A stretch of DNA of 64,000 nt from an uncultured Candidatus Rokubacteria bacterium (GTDB lineage: Bacteria > Methylomirabilota > Methylomirabilia > Rokubacteriales > DASRDR01), in the NCBI GenBank assembly GCA_963805625.1, contig CAWDVE010000010.1, forward strand, positions 384,001-448,000. Reading direction: 5' to 3'. This document shows, piece after piece, positions 60,710 through 64,000 of this stretch. Below the pieces are notes generated by a model. That model was not told the origin of the DNA. It made no database searches and was given only the letters and a program-made list of their open reading frames with translations. The position numbers and the translations under genes were made by a program. The number at the start of each line of letters is the position of its first letter. Position 1 is the first letter of the stretch.

Positions 60710-62013
60710 TGGCCTTCGTCCGCCGCTACCGAGTCTCCCTGGTCCTCCTCGTGCTGCTGGGCATCGTGGTGGCGCTGGTCATCGGCCGACTCCGGGACCA
60801 GCAGGCCAGGGCCGTGCCGCGCACGAACCGCGAGGTCCAGGTGGGTGTCGTCAAGCCGGAGCGTCGCTCGCTGGACGTGACGCTTTCCTTCACGGGGGAT
60901 GTCCTCCCGAGCCGGCAGACCTCCATCTTCGCGAAGACGTCCGGGTACATCCGGGCGATCCACGTCGAGCGTGGACAGTTCGTGAAGGCCGGCGCGCTCC
61001 TCGTCGAGATCGAGCCCACCGAGATGGAGAACGCGCTCGATCAGTCGCGGGCCGCCCTGGCGAGCGCGGAAGCAAGCCTGCAGGTGGCGCGCTCGAATCT
61101 CGAGTCGACCAAGGCGAACCTGTTGAACCAGCAGGCCCTCCTGGCGAGGGCCCAGGCGGTGCTGACCAACGACCAGCGACAGGCCGAGCGGCTGGCGGAG
61201 CTGTTCGCCAAGGGGCTCGTCGCCGCCCAGGACCGGGACAACGCCCGCACGGCCTACCAGGCGTCCCAGGCCGCCGTGAACGCCCAGCAGGCCCAGGTCG
61301 AGGTCGCACGAGTCCAGATCGCCACGACCGACAGCCAGGTGCGCCTGGCCGAGGCCCAGGTCGAGCAGCAGCGGTCGGCCCAACGGATGGCGCAGATGCG
61401 CGTCGACGACACGCGGATCGTCGCCCCGTTCAGTGGCTTCATCTCGCAGCGCAATCTCGAGGTCGGCGCGGCGGTGAGCAACCAGGCGGCGGCGACGAGC
61501 AATGCGTCGATCGGCATCCTGATGCTGCAGGAGATCAACCCGGTCAAGGTCCAGCTGGAGGTGCCGGAGCGGGACGTGGCTCGCGTCGGGGTCGGCAACG
61601 TCGTCCGCCTGACGAGTGACGCGTATCCCGGCCGGCAGTTCTCGGGCAAGGTGGCGCGCGTCGTCCACGCGCTCGACCCCCGTACCCGGACGATGGGCCT
61701 GGAGGTCGACATCCCCAACCCGGAGGACCTGCTGAAGCCTGGCATGTACGCGCGGGTCGAGTTGCTCCTCGAGGTCCGCAAGGACGCCCTGCTGGTGCCG
61801 CTCGAGGCGCTCACGGGCAGCGAGGGCCGGCCGACCGTGCTGATCGTGCGGGACGGCAAGGTCGTCCTGACGCCGGTGGAGCTCGGCCCGACGGACGGCC
61901 CCGTGGTCCAGGTCACCAAGGGTCTGGGGCCGGACACGGAGGTCATCCTGCAGGGCAAGGACCTCGTGCGCGAGGGCATGACTGTTCGGGCCGTGCCCGC
62001 CAAGTCCTACTGA
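60709..62013 (+). CDS. RND efflux periplasmic adaptor (membrane fusion protein)
   Basis: N-terminal TM, 'IFAKTSGYI..VERGQFVKAG', long coiled coil, 'IVAPFSG', 'LKPGMYA'; ATG overlaps the TetR TGA. Confidence 0.93.
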   Translation: MAFVRRYRVSLVLLVLLGIVVALVIGRLRDQQARAVPRTNREVQVGVVKPERRSLDVTLSFTGDVLPSRQTSIFAKTSGYIRAIHVERGQFVKAGALLVEIEPTEMENALDQSRAALASAEASLQVARSNLESTKANLLNQQALLARAQAVLTNDQRQAERLAELFAKGLVAAQDRDNARTAYQASQAAVNAQQAQVEVARVQIATTDSQVRLAEAQVEQQRSAQRMAQMRVDDTRIVAPFSGFISQRNLEVGAAVSNQAAATSNASIGILMLQEINPVKVQLEVPERDVARVGVGNVVRLTSDAYPGRQFSGKVARVVHALDPRTRTMGLEVDIPNPEDLLKPGMYARVELLLEVRKDALLVPLEALTGSEGRPTVLIVRDGKVVLTPVELGPTDGPVVQVTKGLGPDTEVILQGKDLVREGMTVRAVPAKSY

Positions 62014-62028
62014 GGCCGGGACCGGCAC

Positions 62029-64000
62029 ATGTGGCTGACGCTCGTCGCCGTCCGTAACGCCATCGCGGTCCTGATGGCGGCGCTCGCGATCGTGGTCCTG
62101 GGCGGGACGTCGCTGAAGCGGCTGTCCATCGATCTGTTCCCGAACATCAACCAGCCGGTGGTCACGGTCGGGACCGTCTACACGGGCGCGAACGTCCAGG
62201 ACATCGAGAAGACGGTCACCTACCCGATCGAGAAGGTGGTGAGCGCCGTTCCCGGCGTCCATCACGTCGAGTCCCGGAGCCGGCAGGGCATCTCCGTCGT
62301 CCAGGTCTGGTTCAACTACGACGCGGACCTCAACGCCGGCCAGAACGACATCATCCAGCGCATCCAGCAGATCAGCAACACCCTGCCCTCGGGCATCAAG
62401 CAGCCGTTCATCATCCGCGCCGACCTCTCCAACATCCCCGTCTGCCTCCTGACCGTCTCCGGGGGCGGCTTCGACGAGCGGCAGCTCTACGACATCGCCT
62501 ACAACACGATCGAGCCGCAGATCGAGCGGATCAACGGCGTCGCGGCCGCCAACGTTGACGGCGGCAAGATCCGGCAGATCGCGGTCAACCTCAACCGCGA
62601 CCTCCTGTACGCGAAGGGCATCTCGGTCCTGGACGTCGTCCGCTCCGTCAACGACTCGAACTTTCTCATGCCGTCGGGCGACATCAAGATCGGCACCATC
62701 GACTACAACATGTTCACGAACAACCAGTTCCAGCTCGTCAAGCCCATGGAGGACATCATCGTCCGCAAGGTGGGTGACGTGCCCGTTCGGGTCCGGGACC
62801 TCGGCTACGTCCAGGACTCGTCCGAGCAGCAGACGAGCGTTGTCAGGGTCGACGGTGCGCGAGCGGTCTACCTGCGCGTCAACAAGCAGCCCTCCGCGAA
62901 CACGATCGAGGTCGTGGACGGCGTCCGGTCCCTCCTGTCGAAGCTCGACCGCGTGCCGCCCGGCGTGAAGGTCGGACTGATCTTCGACCAATCGACCTAC
63001 ATCCGGCAGTCGATCGAGAGCCTCTGGCACGAGTCGGTCCAGGGCGCCGCGCTGGCGTTCCTGGTGATTCTCATCTTCCTCCGGAGCGTCCTGTCGACGG
63101 TGATCATCTCCATCGCGATTCCGCTCTCGATCATGTGCACCCTGATCGCCATGTACTTCCTGGGGCAGACGCTGAACATCTTCACGCTCGGGGGGCTGGC
63201 CCTCGCCGTCGGACGCCTCGTCGACGACTCGATCGTCGAGCTGGAGAACATCAACCGCCATCTCGCCATGCCCGGAAAGGACCGCCGCACGGCCGTCCTC
63301 GACGCGGCGCGCGAGGTCGCGATGCCCATCTTCGTCTCGACCATCACGACGATCGTCGTCTTCCTGCCGACGGTCTTCCTCGAGGGCCAGGCGAAGCTGC
63401 TCTTCATCCCGCTGACGTTCACGATCTCGTTCTCGCTCTTCGCCTCGTTCCTGGTCTCGCGGACGGTCACTCCCCTGTTGTGCCTGCGCCTGCTCAAGCC
63501 CAAGCCGATTCGCGATCACGGGCAGCCCGGACTGCGGGACCGGTTCATGGCCTGGACCCAGGCGTTCTTCGACGGGCTCGACAGCGCGTACCAGGACACC
63601 CTCCGCTGGGCCCTCGGCCACCGCAAGGTCGTGGTGCTGGGCGTGCTCGGGGTCTTCCTGGCGAGCCTCACGCTGGTGCCCCTGATCGGCTCGGAGTTCT
63701 TCCCGAGCTCGGATGAGAGCCAGTTCCGCGTCACGCTGCGCGGCCCGCTCGGCACCCGCGTCGAGGAGACGGAGAAGGTGGTCGCCCGGATCGAGGACCT
63801 GGTCCGGAAGAACCTCCAGCCCGGCGAGCTGAAGTCCATCGTGTCAAGCGTGGGAATTCCTGGCGGGCGCTCTGCGCTGTTCACCGGGAACACCGGGCCC
63901 CACGCGGCGCAGGTGCAGGTCTACCTGGACACGCCGGACCGGCGCAAGCGCAGTGACGTCCAGATCGTGAACGCGATCCGACCGCGCTTCGTCGGGGAGT
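62029..64000 (+). CDS. RND efflux permease, AcrB/CzcA family (partial, continues beyond the window)
   Basis: Read from sequence (absent from the ORF track because it has no stop): 'MWLTLVAVRNAIAV..IDLFPNI..IPLSI..LNIFTLGGLALAVGRLVDDSIVELENI'. Confidence 0.93.
   Translation, partial: MWLTLVAVRNAIAVLMAALAIVVLGGTSLKRLSIDLFPNINQPVVTVGTVYTGANVQDIEKTVTYPIEKVVSAVPGVHHVESRSRQGISVVQVWFNYDADLNAGQNDIIQRIQQISNTLPSGIKQPFIIRADLSNIPVCLLTVSGGGFDERQLYDIAYNTIEPQIERINGVAAANVDGGKIRQIAVNLNRDLLYAKGISVLDVVRSVNDSNFLMPSGDIKIGTIDYNMFTNNQFQLVKPMEDIIVRKVGDVPVRVRDLGYVQDSSEQQTSVVRVDGARAVYLRVNKQPSANTIEVVDGVRSLLSKLDRVPPGVKVGLIFDQSTYIRQSIESLWHESVQGAALAFLVILIFLRSVLSTVIISIAIPLSIMCTLIAMYFLGQTLNIFTLGGLALAVGRLVDDSIVELENINRHLAMPGKDRRTAVLDAAREVAMPIFVSTITTIVVFLPTVFLEGQAKLLFIPLTFTISFSLFASFLVSRTVTPLLCLRLLKPKPIRDHGQPGLRDRFMAWTQAFFDGLDSAYQDTLRWALGHRKVVVLGVLGVFLASLTLVPLIGSEFFPSSDESQFRVTLRGPLGTRVEETEKVVARIEDLVRKNLQPGELKSIVSSVGIPGGRSALFTGNTGPHAAQVQVYLDTPDRRKRSDVQIVNAIRPRFVGE

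Overview
High-GC (about 70% by eye) bacterial chromosomal segment made almost entirely of core housekeeping genes, mostly on the minus strand. Gene content and order suggest a diderm lineage such as Methylomirabilota/Ca. Rokubacteria; this is inference only. It contains accA, dnaE, guaA/guaB3, coaX, birA, valS, a fused lptF-lptG gene, a coupled PHP hydrolase/GT39/GT2/UPF0182 block behind metK-ahcY, the pyrG-kdsA-kdsD-kdsC-lptCAB-rpoN-hpf-rapZ superoperon, a CBS-type tRNA nucleotidyltransferase, xerD, dtd, murJ, rpsT, holA, lptE, leuS, HNH-uvrB-uvrC, proline dehydrogenase, Ppx/GppA, a hybrid kinase-like protein, cytochrome c, an NCS2-like permease, class II RNR (nrdJ) and a TetR-RND efflux operon. 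I found no rRNA, tRNA, CRISPR array or mobile element. Most notable signals: (1) tandem NrdR-like boxes 31 bp apart in front of both nrdJ and guaB3-guaA; (2) a hybrid kinase whose H-box appears cleanly deleted, coupled to ppx; (3) a 16-Cys, His-clustered secreted protein inserted between pyrG and kdsA; (4) an LptF-LptG fusion with a low-GC linker carrying two extra TM helices; (5) a coupled envelope glycosylation module ending in UPF0182; (6) a sigma54 site inside the sigma70 promoter of the rpoN operon; (7) probable CTG starts and leaderless mRNAs. All calls come from manual motif recognition; no searches were run.
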